NCBI GenBank assembly: GCA_005223125.1 | Contig: NJBH01000002.1 | Location: 32,001-96,000 of the forward strand | DNA length: 64,000 nucleotides | From: Promethearchaeota archaeon Loki_b32 | GTDB lineage: Archaea; Asgardarchaeota; Lokiarchaeia; Sigyniarchaeales; SOKP01 | Reading direction: 5' to 3' | In this document: piece by piece, positions 29,415 through 39,638 of the stretch | Position numbering within the stretch: the first letter of the stretch is position 1 | Layout: every line of letters starts with the position of its first letter | Notes under the pieces: generated by a model | What the model was told of the DNA's origin: nothing | Database searches by the model: none | What the model saw: only the letters and a program-made list of their open reading frames with translations | Made by a program: the position numbers and the translations under genes

Positions 29415-29909
29415 ATGGAAAAAGTTTTAGTCGTTTTCTATTCTCTCACGGGAAATACTAAATTGATTGCTGAAGCAATAGCAAACTCAATAAATTCAGA
29501 TGTTCTTGAGTTAAAACCTGTGAAAGAACTTAATGCTGAAGGAGGGTCAAAATATTTTTGGGGAGGTTATCAAGCAAAAATGAAAAAGAAACCCAAATTA
29601 AGAGAATTTGATATCAATCCCCTTGATTACGATTTAATTATTTTAGGAACTCCAGTTTGGGCGTGGACATATTCACCACCTATTCGTTCGTTTTTATCAA
29701 AATATGATCTTTCAGGAAAAAAGGTAGCCCTTTGGACATGTTCTGCGGGAGATGGAGTAAAAGCTATGAATCGATTCAAGGAAGCTCTAAAAAATACTAA
29801 TATCCTTGGTGAGATTCGTCTTCAAGAACCAAAGCAACATGGACTAGAAGCAAGTAAGGAAAAAGCAGCAGTATGGGCAAAAGAGATTATTCAAAATATA
29901 AAAAATTAA
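29415..29909 (+). CDS. Flavodoxin
   Basis: VVFYSLTGNTKLIA, LGTPVWAW. Confidence 0.9.
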   Translation: MEKVLVVFYSLTGNTKLIAEAIANSINSDVLELKPVKELNAEGGSKYFWGGYQAKMKKKPKLREFDINPLDYDLIILGTPVWAWTYSPPIRSFLSKYDLSGKKVALWTCSAGDGVKAMNRFKEALKNTNILGEIRLQEPKQHGLEASKEKAAVWAKEIIQNIKN

Positions 29910-29972
29910 GGAATGTGATATAAAATGGGACAACACAATAAATTATTCAAATTTAGAAAACTGTTGATGTTT

Positions 29973-30041
29973 TTATGGATTATTTCCCGTCCATGATGTT
30001 AACCAGTTTTGGCAAAAAGTAGTGATGTCTTTCATTTCCAT
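29973..30041 (-). pseudogene. N-terminal remnant of a SnoaL/NTF2-like protein
   Basis: MEMKDITTFCQNWLTSWTGNNP followed by a stop; resembles the 'F...W..AWTGN.P' start of SnoaL-like proteins. Confidence 0.35.
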
Positions 30042-30328
30042 ATAAATTACCATCGATTCACATAATAATAGATAACTAATTTAAAATATCATTATTAAAA
30101 TATATAGTATATTAATGCTAAGATTCTATCTTTAATTGAAATTTTTCCAAAACTCATTGAAACTTGAATTGGAGTTCTCCAAACAGGTATTTTGGAGGTT
30201 TTGGAAATAATATTGTATCTATATTAGTAGAGAGAATTTGGGACTTGCCAGCACTGTAATTTAAGACTTCCCTTTTATTTTTAGTTGACCTGTAAAACAA
30301 ATCTAAATGGTAGGAAAACAGTAATTCT

Positions 30329-30352
30329 CGTTATGTATCATGAGTAATAACG
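30329..30352. promoter_or_regulatory. ModE-like operator upstream of tupA
   Basis: CGTTAT-N12-ATAACG; fits the ModE box CGnTATATA-N6-TATATAnCG; second copy before moaC. Confidence 0.7.
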
Positions 30353-30411
30353 CTTATATTGAATGTTTAATTTGAAAGTTCATCTTAAATAAAAAAATTT
30401 GAATTTTTGTT

Positions 30412-31446
30412 ATGTCATCAAGAAAACCACTAAAACAGTTAATAAGTGAACATAAGAAAACTATAATATTAGCTCTTATAATTATAGCTGGAGGATCTAT
30501 TGGAACATTTTTCGCTATTGATTATTTAAATGCGCAAAATCCCGAAAAAATTACACTAGCAACTACAACATCGACGTATGATTCAGGATTATTGGATTTT
30601 TTACTTCCAAAATTTACTGAGCAAACGGGAATTCAAATTAAAGTGTTATCAGTAGGAACTGGTACTGCGATACAATATGGTAAAGACGGTAATGCAGATG
30701 TAATTCTAGTTCATTCAAGATCTAGAGAAGATGATTTTATTAATGCCAGTCTTGGCGTTGCCGGAGTACCATACGGAATACATCGGGCATGTATTATGTT
30801 CAATGATTTTATAATAGTTGGCCATTCTTCTAATCCAGCGAATTTACAAACAGGTGATAACATAACTAAGGTTATGATAAAATTAAGAGATGCAATGGAT
30901 ACTGGTAATATGACGTTTTACTCAAGAGGAGATGATTCCGGGACTCATTCGAAAGAAAAAACATTATGGGCGGAAATTGGGATTATTGTAGAAACAAGAT
31001 GGGTTGGACAACCAGATAGATATACAGAAACAGGACAAGGAATGGCAGCAACTTTATTAATGACTTGGGAAGATGTTGATGCGGCTCATGAAGGATATAC
31101 TATCGTAGATAGAGGTACATGGTTCTCCTTCAATGAGACTTACACATCATTGAAAATTTTGGCAGAATCTATTATCGGTGAGGATTTATTACTTAATCCT
31201 TACGGAGTTATCCCTGTGAATCCCGTATTACATCCACATGTAAAATATCTCTCAGTTTCCCGATTTATTGGCTTTTTAACATCTCCTTACGGTCAAGCCT
31301 TAATTAATGCATATAGGAAAAATAATGCTGTTTTATTTCATGCTAATTTTGGAATATGCGATGTTAATAGCAGTTGTCCAACTACAGATGATGAAATTGC
31401 AATATGGACACCCTTTCAAGCAGAATTTGCAGGTTTAACAGTTTAA
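30412..31446 (+). CDS. tupA: Tungstate ABC transporter substrate-binding protein
   Basis: ATTTSTYDSGLL, VGTG.A, SRGDDSGTH, TGQGM, DRGTW, LLNPYGVI; N-terminal TM anchor. Confidence 0.93.
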   Translation: MSSRKPLKQLISEHKKTIILALIIIAGGSIGTFFAIDYLNAQNPEKITLATTTSTYDSGLLDFLLPKFTEQTGIQIKVLSVGTGTAIQYGKDGNADVILVHSRSREDDFINASLGVAGVPYGIHRACIMFNDFIIVGHSSNPANLQTGDNITKVMIKLRDAMDTGNMTFYSRGDDSGTHSKEKTLWAEIGIIVETRWVGQPDRYTETGQGMAATLLMTWEDVDAAHEGYTIVDRGTWFSFNETYTSLKILAESIIGEDLLLNPYGVIPVNPVLHPHVKYLSVSRFIGFLTSPYGQALINAYRKNNAVLFHANFGICDVNSSCPTTDDEIAIWTPFQAEFAGLTV

Positions 31447-31504
31447 AGAATATAATAACAAAATATTTTATTTTTGATTTGAAAAAGAAATTAAAGACGA
31501 AAAA

Positions 31505-32200
31505 ATGGCAAATGAAATAATAGAAGGAATATTAGAAGCAATACGTTTAATATTTACATTTGATCCAGAAGTGTGGGGTATTATTGAAGTTTCTTTCCGA
31601 GTTTCATTAACTTCTACGTTTCTAGCAGCTTTAGTAGCATTACCAATTGGTTCATTTATTGGTTTGAGGAAATTCAAAGGAAAAAGGGGGGTAACAAATC
31701 TAATTAATACATTTATGGGATTCCCTCCAGTAGTTATGGGATTAATCGTTTATTTATTACTCTCTCGAAATGGACCATTCGGGACTCTAGGTTTATTATA
31801 CTCTACAACAGCTATGATAGTTGCTCAGTTTCTTCTAGCAGTACCTATTATAACGGGTACAGCAAAGGCAGCTATTGAAAGTGTCGATCCTGCTTTAAAA
31901 GAAACGGTACTTTCTTTAGGGGCAAATGAGCGCCAGTTATGGTGGGAATTAATAAAACATTCAAAAAAATCTATAATAGCGGGATTTCTCGTAGCGTTTG
32001 GTCAAGCAATTTCAGAGGTGGGTGCTGTTATGATAGTTGGAGGCAATATACGATGGGAAACAAGAACTTTTACAACTTCTATTGTACTCCAAACGCGAAT
32101 GGGAGAATTTGGAATGGCAATTGCCTTAGGTGTAATTCTTATAACGATTGCTTTTATTGTGAATTATGGATTAACTCGTCTACAAACAGGAGCAGATTAA
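31505..32200 (+). CDS. tupB: Tungstate ABC transporter permease
   Basis: NTFMGFPPVVMGL, GQAISEVGAVMIVGGNIRWETRTFTTSIV. Confidence 0.93.
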   Translation: MANEIIEGILEAIRLIFTFDPEVWGIIEVSFRVSLTSTFLAALVALPIGSFIGLRKFKGKRGVTNLINTFMGFPPVVMGLIVYLLLSRNGPFGTLGLLYSTTAMIVAQFLLAVPIITGTAKAAIESVDPALKETVLSLGANERQLWWELIKHSKKSIIAGFLVAFGQAISEVGAVMIVGGNIRWETRTFTTSIVLQTRMGEFGMAIALGVILITIAFIVNYGLTRLQTGAD

Positions 32201-32201
32201 A

Positions 32202-33299
32202 ATGAAACTACTTCAAGTTCAAAATCTAAATAAAGAATATTACAAGGGAGATAAATCTGTAATTGGAGTTCTCTCCGATATCAATTTTTCGGTTAAAAAA
32301 GGAGAATGTTTTGTTATAATAGGTCCAAATGGAAGTGGCAAAACGACTTTATTAAAAATAATTGGTTTACTTGAATTACCAACCTCAGGACAAATATTCT
32401 ATGATAAGAAAGATTTGATTAAGATTTCAAGAAAAAAAAAAGTTGAATATCGCAGAAAATTTTCATTTGTCAAACAAAAGCCTGTCGTTCGAAATACGAC
32501 TGTATTTAATAATATCGCATATGGATTAAAAGTTCGTGGGATTAAATTCGATGATTATCAGAAATCAGTAGATGAAATCATTAAATTCATTGGATTAAAA
32601 GGTATGGAAAAACAAAATGCGAGATCTTTATCTGGTGGTGAAATGCAGCGTGTTGCGATAGCAATGAATTTTATTATTAATCCCGAGATTTATTTATTAG
32701 ATGAGGTTTCAGCTAACTTAGATTCGATGAATCTTAAATTATTGGACGAATTTATAATGAAAATAAAGCAAGATAAGGAGAAAACTATTATTATAAGTAC
32801 ACATGATCCTCTTGAAGCAATAAAATATGCAGATCGCATAGCTGTCCTTAATAATGGTCAAATCGCTCAAATTGGGACGCCCAATGAAATATTCACAGCT
32901 CCAAAGGATGAATTCACTGCTCTTTTTGTGGGATATGAAAATATTCTTTATGGGATAGCAGAATTAGATAAAGCTACAGGTTTATCCAAAATAAAAGTTA
33001 ATGACTTGATTATTACAGCTTCAAGTCAACAAGAGGGGGACGTAAAAGTGTGTATTCGGCCAGAAAGCATTGGGATCGTTAAAGGACCTCCTAAAAACAC
33101 AAGTTATAGAAATACCTTTAAAGGAATTGTAGAAAATATTCGTGAGCTTGGAAATATCTGTCATTTAATTGTTAAATGTAAATCTGAGAAATTTTTAATA
33201 ACAATAACAGAATTATCACGGAAGAATTTAGGATTAGAAATAGGCTCCCAAGTGTTCATCAATTTCAAAGCAACCGATATAACTATTCTCTCATCATAA
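32202..33299 (+). CDS. tupC: Tungstate ABC transporter ATPase with C-terminal TOBE domain
   Basis: GPNGSGKT, LSGGEMQR, LLDE, STH; TOBE-like tail RNTFKGIV. Confidence 0.9.
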   Translation: MKLLQVQNLNKEYYKGDKSVIGVLSDINFSVKKGECFVIIGPNGSGKTTLLKIIGLLELPTSGQIFYDKKDLIKISRKKKVEYRRKFSFVKQKPVVRNTTVFNNIAYGLKVRGIKFDDYQKSVDEIIKFIGLKGMEKQNARSLSGGEMQRVAIAMNFIINPEIYLLDEVSANLDSMNLKLLDEFIMKIKQDKEKTIIISTHDPLEAIKYADRIAVLNNGQIAQIGTPNEIFTAPKDEFTALFVGYENILYGIAELDKATGLSKIKVNDLIITASSQQEGDVKVCIRPESIGIVKGPPKNTSYRNTFKGIVENIRELGNICHLIVKCKSEKFLITITELSRKNLGLEIGSQVFINFKATDITILSS

Positions 33300-33725
33300 T
33301 CCTTTCTTTTCCAAATATGCAAATAAACTTCGAGAGTTAAACCATATTATATCCTTAGAATTCTCAAGGTGTTTGAAGTGTTTTTCATTACCAGACCATA
33401 AGGGACAATTAAGAAATAAAGACACGGTTACGAAAGGTACATCTTCTTTATGGTTTATTAATGATTCTGCTTTTCCTATAAATTTTTCATATTTTTCTTG
33501 TGGAACTTTTAAAATATTAAATTTTGAAATAATTTCATCTACTTCATCAATAAGATAACCTAATTTTTTTACTAAATTTCTTTTAATTTCTTCCCAAAAG
33601 ATATCTGGAGCAAATAATTGAATTTCCACTTCTTCAATTATCAGATTAAATATTTTTCTTTCAAGTCCTTTTAGATTATATAAAGCAGAAAAGAAAATAT
33701 TGGAATCTATTACTAATGGAATCAT
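33294..33725 (-). CDS. vapC: PIN-domain toxin (VapC-like)
   Basis: VIDSNIFFSAL, EEI, EDVPFV, LWSGNEKHF. Confidence 0.85.
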   Translation of the reverse strand: MIPLVIDSNIFFSALYNLKGLERKIFNLIIEEVEIQLFAPDIFWEEIKRNLVKKLGYLIDEVDEIISKFNILKVPQEKYEKFIGKAESLINHKEDVPFVTVSLFLNCPLWSGNEKHFKHLENSKDIIWFNSRSLFAYLEKKGL

Positions 33726-33731
33726 TTTAAA

Positions 33732-33986
33732 TTAATCTATAAAGCCTCTTTCTCGTAAGATTTCATTTCTAATTTCTTCTCCAGATTTTATAATATCATC
33801 TAGAGTTAAACCTCTCTCTCTTAATCTTGCTTTAAAATCTTCACTAAAATTATCAATATATTTTTTTTTTGCTTGAACGATTAAAATCTTTAAAAGCTCA
33901 TCCATCGATTTAGTTTTATAAATTTCTTGTAATTTCTTTAATTCCTTTTTAGTATCTTCTTTAATGGATATGGTTGTATGACTCAT
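33732..33986 (-). CDS. vapB: Putative antitoxin (RHH-like)
   Basis: TTISIKEDTKKELKKL...SMDELL; immediately upstream of the PIN gene. Confidence 0.75.
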   Translation of the reverse strand: MSHTTISIKEDTKKELKKLQEIYKTKSMDELLKILIVQAKKKYIDNFSEDFKARLRERGLTLDDIIKSGEEIRNEILRERGFID

Positions 33987-34148
33987 TTCTTTTATTTTAA
34001 TAATTTAATAGTTTAATTATTCTATAATTCTATTATTTAATTAATTAATAGAATTTACCCTTAAAATTCTTTCGCTTTACTTTAGAAATAAAACATTTAC
34101 TTTATCGTAATAATGTTTTTAAAAATTGGATTTTTCTATTATTTAGAC

Positions 34149-34172
34149 CGATATGTATGGGATGTAATATCG
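34149..34172. promoter_or_regulatory. ModE-like operator upstream of moaC
   Basis: CGATAT-N12-ATATCG; same spacing and internal TATGTAT...GTAATA as the tupA site. Confidence 0.7.
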
Positions 34173-34208
34173 ATAAACGATACGCAACAAAACTATTAAA
34201 CAGAAATT

Positions 34209-34640
34209 ATGATTGATATTTCAAAAAAAGAGTCAATTGCAAGGAGTGCTACGGCTTCTGGCAAAATTATACTAAAAAAAGAAACTATTAACAGAATTAA
34301 AAATAGGCAAATTAAAAAAGGGGATGCCTTTACAATAGCAAAAGTATCTGCTATTAATGCTGTTAAAAAAGTACCGGATTTGATTCCGTTCTGTCATCCA
34401 ATCCCAATAGACAATATAGACATCAATTTTACATATGAAAACAATAACTCCATTAAAGTTACATGTAAGGTTAAAAGTATCGCAAAAACTGGTGTTGAGA
34501 TGGAGGCTTTAACTGGAGTCAGTGTTGCTCTTTTGAACTTATGGGATGTAATTAAAATGTATGAAAAGGATAAAGATGGACAATATCCTATGACGAAAAT
34601 TTATGATATCATAGTTGAGATAAAGGTAAAGGATAAATGA
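34209..34640 (+). CDS. moaC: Cyclic pyranopterin monophosphate synthase MoaC
   Basis: MIDISKK, KKGD, LIPFCHPIP, KTGVEMEALTG, WDVIK. Confidence 0.95.
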   Translation: MIDISKKESIARSATASGKIILKKETINRIKNRQIKKGDAFTIAKVSAINAVKKVPDLIPFCHPIPIDNIDINFTYENNNSIKVTCKVKSIAKTGVEMEALTGVSVALLNLWDVIKMYEKDKDGQYPMTKIYDIIVEIKVKDK

Positions 34641-35557
34641 AAGATAAATGCAATCGAGAAATCAAGCATATTAGATTCTCAATCACATCTAAATGTAATC
34701 TTAAATGCATGTATTGCGATCGGGAAGGTTTTACTCCTAAAACTTCAGAATTAACTGTAGACGAGATAACGAAATTATGTAAAGTTTTGGCAGAAATCTT
34801 AAACGTTACTAGAATCAAATTTACAGGCGGAGAACCCTTATGCAGAGAAGAAATCGTTCAAATCATCAAGAATGTATCTAATTTGCTCCTATATAAAGAC
34901 ATATCTATGACTACCAACGGACTCCTCCTGTATGAAAAAGCAGAAGAATTATATAAAGCTGGTTTGAATAGAATAAATGTATCGCTTGCATCACTTAAAC
35001 CAAAAGAATATAATAAAGTATACGGTTCAGATTCTTTGGATAAAGTGTTAAAAGGTTTACAAAAGGCAAAAGAAGTCGGATTTGATCCAATAAAATTAAA
35101 TTTTGTATTAATGAAGGGAATCAACGATACTGAAATGGAAGATTTAATTGACTTTTGCAGAAAAAATGGCTTTATTCTTCAACTAATTGAATTACATGAG
35201 GTTTCAGATGCAGTAGGAGGAAATGGTGAATTTTATAAAAAACACCATCTAGACGTTAAACCCATTATAGAAGACTTAGAATCGAAAGCAGAAAAAATAA
35301 TAGTAAGGGGTTCTATGCAAAATCGAAAAGTTTTCATATTACCTAATTCCATGATTGTCGAAACAATCACACCTAGTCACGAATTTTGTATGGGTTGTAC
35401 TAAATTACGCGTTGGATGTGATGGAAATCTTTTTGGATGTTTATATCGATCTGATCTTGGAAAAAATATTAAAGAAGCTCTCCACAATCATCATTCAATA
35501 GCAAAATACGAGCAAATTGTTAAACAGGTTGTGGATTCTCGAGAGCCTTATTATTGA
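34637..35557 (+). CDS. moaA: GTP 3',8-cyclase MoaA (radical SAM)
   Basis: CNLKCMYC, FTGGEPL, TTNG, C-terminal FCMGCTKLRV...GCL. Confidence 0.93.
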   Translation: MKDKCNREIKHIRFSITSKCNLKCMYCDREGFTPKTSELTVDEITKLCKVLAEILNVTRIKFTGGEPLCREEIVQIIKNVSNLLLYKDISMTTNGLLLYEKAEELYKAGLNRINVSLASLKPKEYNKVYGSDSLDKVLKGLQKAKEVGFDPIKLNFVLMKGINDTEMEDLIDFCRKNGFILQLIELHEVSDAVGGNGEFYKKHHLDVKPIIEDLESKAEKIIVRGSMQNRKVFILPNSMIVETITPSHEFCMGCTKLRVGCDGNLFGCLYRSDLGKNIKEALHNHHSIAKYEQIVKQVVDSREPYY

Positions 35558-35582
35558 TGTTTATCAAAATATAGTTGAAAAA

Positions 35583-35861
35583 ATGATTGTAGAAGTTCTA
35601 TATTTCGCAGAATTTAAGGATATAACCGGTAAAGAGAAAGAAAAATTTACTTTATCTGATATCACTTTAGAAGGACTACTAAGTTTATTATTTGAAAAAT
35701 ATGAATTAAAAAATTTAATTTGGGATGAAAAAGCTAAAAAGATACACAATTTAGTATCAATTATAATTAATAACCAAACTGTTCATGAAAAAGATCCATC
35801 CTCAATTGATTTAAAGGATAATGATACAATTGCCTTCTTGTTACCCGTCTCAGGAGGATAA
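35583..35861 (+). CDS. moaD: MoaD/ThiS ubiquitin-like sulfur carrier
   Basis: VEVLYFAEFKD...LLPVSGG C-terminal GG; ATG at 35583 preferred over the 35517 start. Confidence 0.9.
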   Translation: MIVEVLYFAEFKDITGKEKEKFTLSDITLEGLLSLLFEKYELKNLIWDEKAKKIHNLVSIIINNQTVHEKDPSSIDLKDNDTIAFLLPVSGG

Positions 35862-35867
35862 AAGAAA

Positions 35868-36314
35868 ATGCATTCAAATGAGGATTTTGCTAAATCAGGG
35901 ATATATAACAAAGGAGAAATTGAATTAGAAAGCATAATAAAATCAATAAAGAGAAATCCTAAAATAAAGAAAGCAGGATCTATTCATACATTTACAGGAA
36001 TTGTAAGAGATAGCTCGATAAAAGGCAAACCAGTAATTAGTATGAAAATTGATGCATATGATGAATTAGCAAATCAAAGTATTACTAAAATCTGTGAGAG
36101 CTTGAAACGAGAAAAGGGAATTATAGATGTTATAATAGTTCATTTAAAAGGAGAGTTTGATCTTTCTGAAGATTTAGTTTATGTTGTTGTGGCATCAGCA
36201 CACAGAAGAGAGGGTTTTGCTGCAATTAGTAAGGCTGTTGAGATGTATAAAAAAGAAATAGCAGTATGGAAAAGAGAAAATTTTAATGATGGAACCTCAG
36301 AGTGGATTCATTAA
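35868..36314 (+). CDS. moaE: Molybdopterin synthase catalytic subunit
   Basis: AGSIHTFTGIVR, VVVASAHRREGF, KKEIAVWKRE. Confidence 0.92.
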   Translation: MHSNEDFAKSGIYNKGEIELESIIKSIKRNPKIKKAGSIHTFTGIVRDSSIKGKPVISMKIDAYDELANQSITKICESLKREKGIIDVIIVHLKGEFDLSEDLVYVVVASAHRREGFAAISKAVEMYKKEIAVWKRENFNDGTSEWIH

Positions 36315-36382
36315 AAATGGTCTATAGAAGATTAAATAATAAATATTGAGTATTTTAAACTAACAAAATAATTGATTCTTTT

Positions 36383-37609
36383 ATGAAATTTCTGAAAACT
36401 ATTAGCGTAGAAGAATTCAAAAATATACTGAATTCAATACAGAAGATAGTAACGGATGAAGAACTAATCCCTTTAGAAGACGCTTTCAATAGGATTATTT
36501 CTAGAAATATTACTAGCACAATAAATGTCCCTCATTTCAGAAAATCACGAATGGATGGATACGCGGTTATTGCAGAGGATACTTTTGGCGCTGAAGAAGA
36601 TAACTTAATAGAACTTGACATAATTGAGACAATTCAAGCTGGAAATATTCCTCAAAAAAGATTGAATAATGGTCAATGTTCATATATAGCAACTGGTGCT
36701 GCAATCCCAGACAACTCAAATGGAGTAGTAATGGTTGAATTCACGGATAAACAAGAAAATAAAGTTTTAATTTCAAAGGCAGTAACACCTGGCACTTTTA
36801 TCATTGAGATCGGACATGATATTAATAAAGGAGATGTAATAGTTAAAAAAGACATGCTAATAGATTTGGCAACTTTAGGTATTTTAGCTTCATGTGGTAT
36901 TAAAGAAGTATCAGTATATAAGAAGCCAATAATAAGTCTTATAAGCACCGGAAATGAACTGGTAAGTCAAGATATAAAAAAATTAGAAATTGGTAAGATT
37001 TATGATATAAATTCAATTGTTTTAAAAAAAGCCATTGAAAATACAGGTGTCCACGTAAATTTCCTTGGTGTTGTTAAGGATGAGTATAAGGATTTGAAAA
37101 ATATTATTGACAAAGCACTAGAAAGTAGTAATATTATAATTTTATCAGGTGGTACATCCAAAGGTGAAGGTGATATCGGTCCCAAAGTCTTAGAAGATTA
37201 TAAAGATATTGAAATATTAATTCATGGAGTAAAAATAAAACCAGGAAAACCAATAATCTTCGCAAAATTGAAGGAAAAAATATTATTTATTTTACCTGGG
37301 TATCCCACTTCTGCATTAAGTTGTTTTTATGTTTTTATTGATAATTTTCTAAGAAAAATGTCCGGTTATCCTTTAAAAGAAAACAATTCAAAAGATATTG
37401 AAGTTGGTGAACGAATTTATAGCACAGTTGGTCGACATGAGTTTAAAGCTGTAAAAATTCAAGTTGTTGATGGTGAAAAAAAGGTTTTTCCTATTAAAAC
37501 AGGATCAGAAGCGATAAGCACTATGTTCTTTGCTGATGGATACATAGAAATAGATGAATTAGAATCAATTATAGAAAAAGGAGATAAAAGAAAAGTCTTT
37601 TTCTTCTAA
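36383..37609 (+). CDS. moeA: Molybdopterin molybdenumtransferase
   Basis: SRMDGYAV, ATGA, STGNEL, SGGTSKG, IKPGKP, LPGYPTSA. Confidence 0.93.
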   Translation: MKFLKTISVEEFKNILNSIQKIVTDEELIPLEDAFNRIISRNITSTINVPHFRKSRMDGYAVIAEDTFGAEEDNLIELDIIETIQAGNIPQKRLNNGQCSYIATGAAIPDNSNGVVMVEFTDKQENKVLISKAVTPGTFIIEIGHDINKGDVIVKKDMLIDLATLGILASCGIKEVSVYKKPIISLISTGNELVSQDIKKLEIGKIYDINSIVLKKAIENTGVHVNFLGVVKDEYKDLKNIIDKALESSNIIILSGGTSKGEGDIGPKVLEDYKDIEILIHGVKIKPGKPIIFAKLKEKILFILPGYPTSALSCFYVFIDNFLRKMSGYPLKENNSKDIEVGERIYSTVGRHEFKAVKIQVVDGEKKVFPIKTGSEAISTMFFADGYIEIDELESIIEKGDKRKVFFF

Positions 37610-37645
37610 TAAGAATAAGAATATATTAAAAACGTATTGATTAAC

Positions 37646-38206
37646 ATGAAGGGTAAAAAAAAAGTCCACGAGCAACATAAACGCCAAGCTCCCAAAGAGA
37701 TAAATTTAGCTTTAATAGTAGTAAGCACATGTAGATATAATGAAATTAAAACTGGAAAAAAAACTACAGATAAAACAATTCCTAAAGTGAAACGATTACT
37801 GAAAGATAACCTATCAATTTCATTAACATTTACTAGTATTATACCAGATTCAGAAGAGTATATAAATAATATTTTAACAGAAGTAATGAAAGATAATAAA
37901 ATTGATTCGATCATATTTAGTGGTGGTACTGGATTGTCCCAAAAGGATATTACATATGAAACAATTGAACCCCGATTAGAAAAAAAATTTGATGGCTTTG
38001 GAGAGCTCTTTAGACACCTTTCTTACAATGAAATTGGTACTTCAGCAATGTTATCCAGGGCAACCGCAGGTCTTCTAAGGATTAAAAAGCAAAATAAAGT
38101 TATCTTTTTACTTCCGGGGTCTCCAAATGCAGTAAGATTAGCTTTACAACACATAATAATACCCGAATTAGGGCATATTTTATATTTAATCAATAAAAAA
38201 GAGTGA
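37646..38206 (+). CDS. moaB: Molybdopterin adenylyltransferase MoaB/Mog
   Basis: SGGTGLSQKDIT, GFGELFR, AMLSRATAG, LPGSPNA. Confidence 0.92.
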   Translation: MKGKKKVHEQHKRQAPKEINLALIVVSTCRYNEIKTGKKTTDKTIPKVKRLLKDNLSISLTFTSIIPDSEEYINNILTEVMKDNKIDSIIFSGGTGLSQKDITYETIEPRLEKKFDGFGELFRHLSYNEIGTSAMLSRATAGLLRIKKQNKVIFLLPGSPNAVRLALQHIIIPELGHILYLINKKE

Positions 38207-38212
38207 GATTTT

Positions 38213-39460
38213 TTGAAAAAACTTCATAAAATTGGATTTTCAAAATTAACCCCTTTAGTAGAAGCTATAGAAAAGCTGTTTTCGAAAATCCATTTAAACC
38301 CAATTGAAGAAGTTGAAATTAAGGCTGCATTAAATCGTATTTTAGCGGAAGATATTATCAGTTCATTGGATATTCCTCCTTTTGATCGCTCAGCTATGGA
38401 TGGTTATGCAATTCAAGCAGAAGATTCATTTAAAGCTACCCCAAATTCTCCAAAAAAAATTAAACTTGTTGGAATAATTGAAATCGGTGAATCTTCAAGT
38501 CTTAAAATTAATAAAGGTGAAGGTATCAAAATATCCACAGGTGCTCCAATACCAGAAGGATCAGATGCTGTTATAAAAATCGAAGATACTGAAATTGAAA
38601 ATAACAGAATAAGTCTTTATATATCTCTACCTCCTGGAAAGAATATTTCCAAAAAAGGAGAAGATATCAAAGGAGGTACTCAAGTATTAAACAAGGGTAC
38701 AGAATTAAAGGCTGAGCATATCGCACTTTTAACTTCCTTAGGTTTTAATAAAGTAAAGGTACGAACTAAACCAAAAATAAGCATTTTTTCTTCCGGAGAT
38801 GAATTACTTGAACCAGGTGTTTCACTTCAACCCGGAAAGATATATAATTCAAATACACCAATGATAACAGCATTAGTAAATTTATATGGTGGCTTAGTTA
38901 TTAGAGGTGAAAGTGTAAAAGATAACAGGGAAACTATTAAAAATAAATTATTTGAAGCGGCTGAAGACTCTCAGATCATAATATTCACCGGCGGTACTTC
39001 AGTTGGGACAAAAGATTACCTACCTGAGATAATTAATGATACGGGCTCGGTTTTAACACATGGTATCGCTATGAGACCTGGAGCCCCAGTTTTGATTGGA
39101 ACTTTAAAAGAAGGTATTATATTTTGTCTTCCTGGTACTCCTGTTGCGGCTTACGTTTCTTTTTTAAAAATTACCGGACCTGCTATCAGGAAAATGTTAG
39201 GATGCTCTGTTTTAGATCCAAGAATTGAAATTATGGCAATGATTGATAAGGATGTTCCCGTTTCTGGGCTTGGCTATCTACATTATTTAAGAGTAAAAGT
39301 TAAAAAAGAAAAAAATGAATTTATTGCCATTCCAGTCAAATTAAAGGGATCTGGAGTAATAAGTTCTCTCACTAAATCTGATGGAATAATCGAGATTCCA
39401 CCACATCAAGAGGGATTAAAAAAGGGAGAAAAACTAATTGTAAAACTATTTCCAAGATAA
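38213..39460 (+). CDS. moeA: Molybdopterin molybdenumtransferase (second paralog)
   Basis: PPFDRSAMDGYA, STGAP, SSGDEL, TGGTSVG, MRPGAP, LPGTPVA. Confidence 0.93.
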   Translation: MKKLHKIGFSKLTPLVEAIEKLFSKIHLNPIEEVEIKAALNRILAEDIISSLDIPPFDRSAMDGYAIQAEDSFKATPNSPKKIKLVGIIEIGESSSLKINKGEGIKISTGAPIPEGSDAVIKIEDTEIENNRISLYISLPPGKNISKKGEDIKGGTQVLNKGTELKAEHIALLTSLGFNKVKVRTKPKISIFSSGDELLEPGVSLQPGKIYNSNTPMITALVNLYGGLVIRGESVKDNRETIKNKLFEAAEDSQIIIFTGGTSVGTKDYLPEIINDTGSVLTHGIAMRPGAPVLIGTLKEGIIFCLPGTPVAAYVSFLKITGPAIRKMLGCSVLDPRIEIMAMIDKDVPVSGLGYLHYLRVKVKKEKNEFIAIPVKLKGSGVISSLTKSDGIIEIPPHQEGLKKGEKLIVKLFPR

Positions 39461-39638
39461 TTGACTAAAGATCATCAATTGATATTTTTAAAACAAAAAT
39501 TTTATCATATTTATTATGTATAAAGAAAAGCATATCCTGCTTTATTAGAAATTATTGTATACCCTCTATTATTACTTATGATTGGTTTTGTGTCATTGAA
39601 ATTATGAAAAACTAACTCAAAACCTTCTATTGAATTAT

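Noticed and set aside
39578-39620. ATGA-initiated hairpin downstream of the second moeA
   Set aside because: Lacks the 3' GA and apical A-run; no recoding candidate upstream
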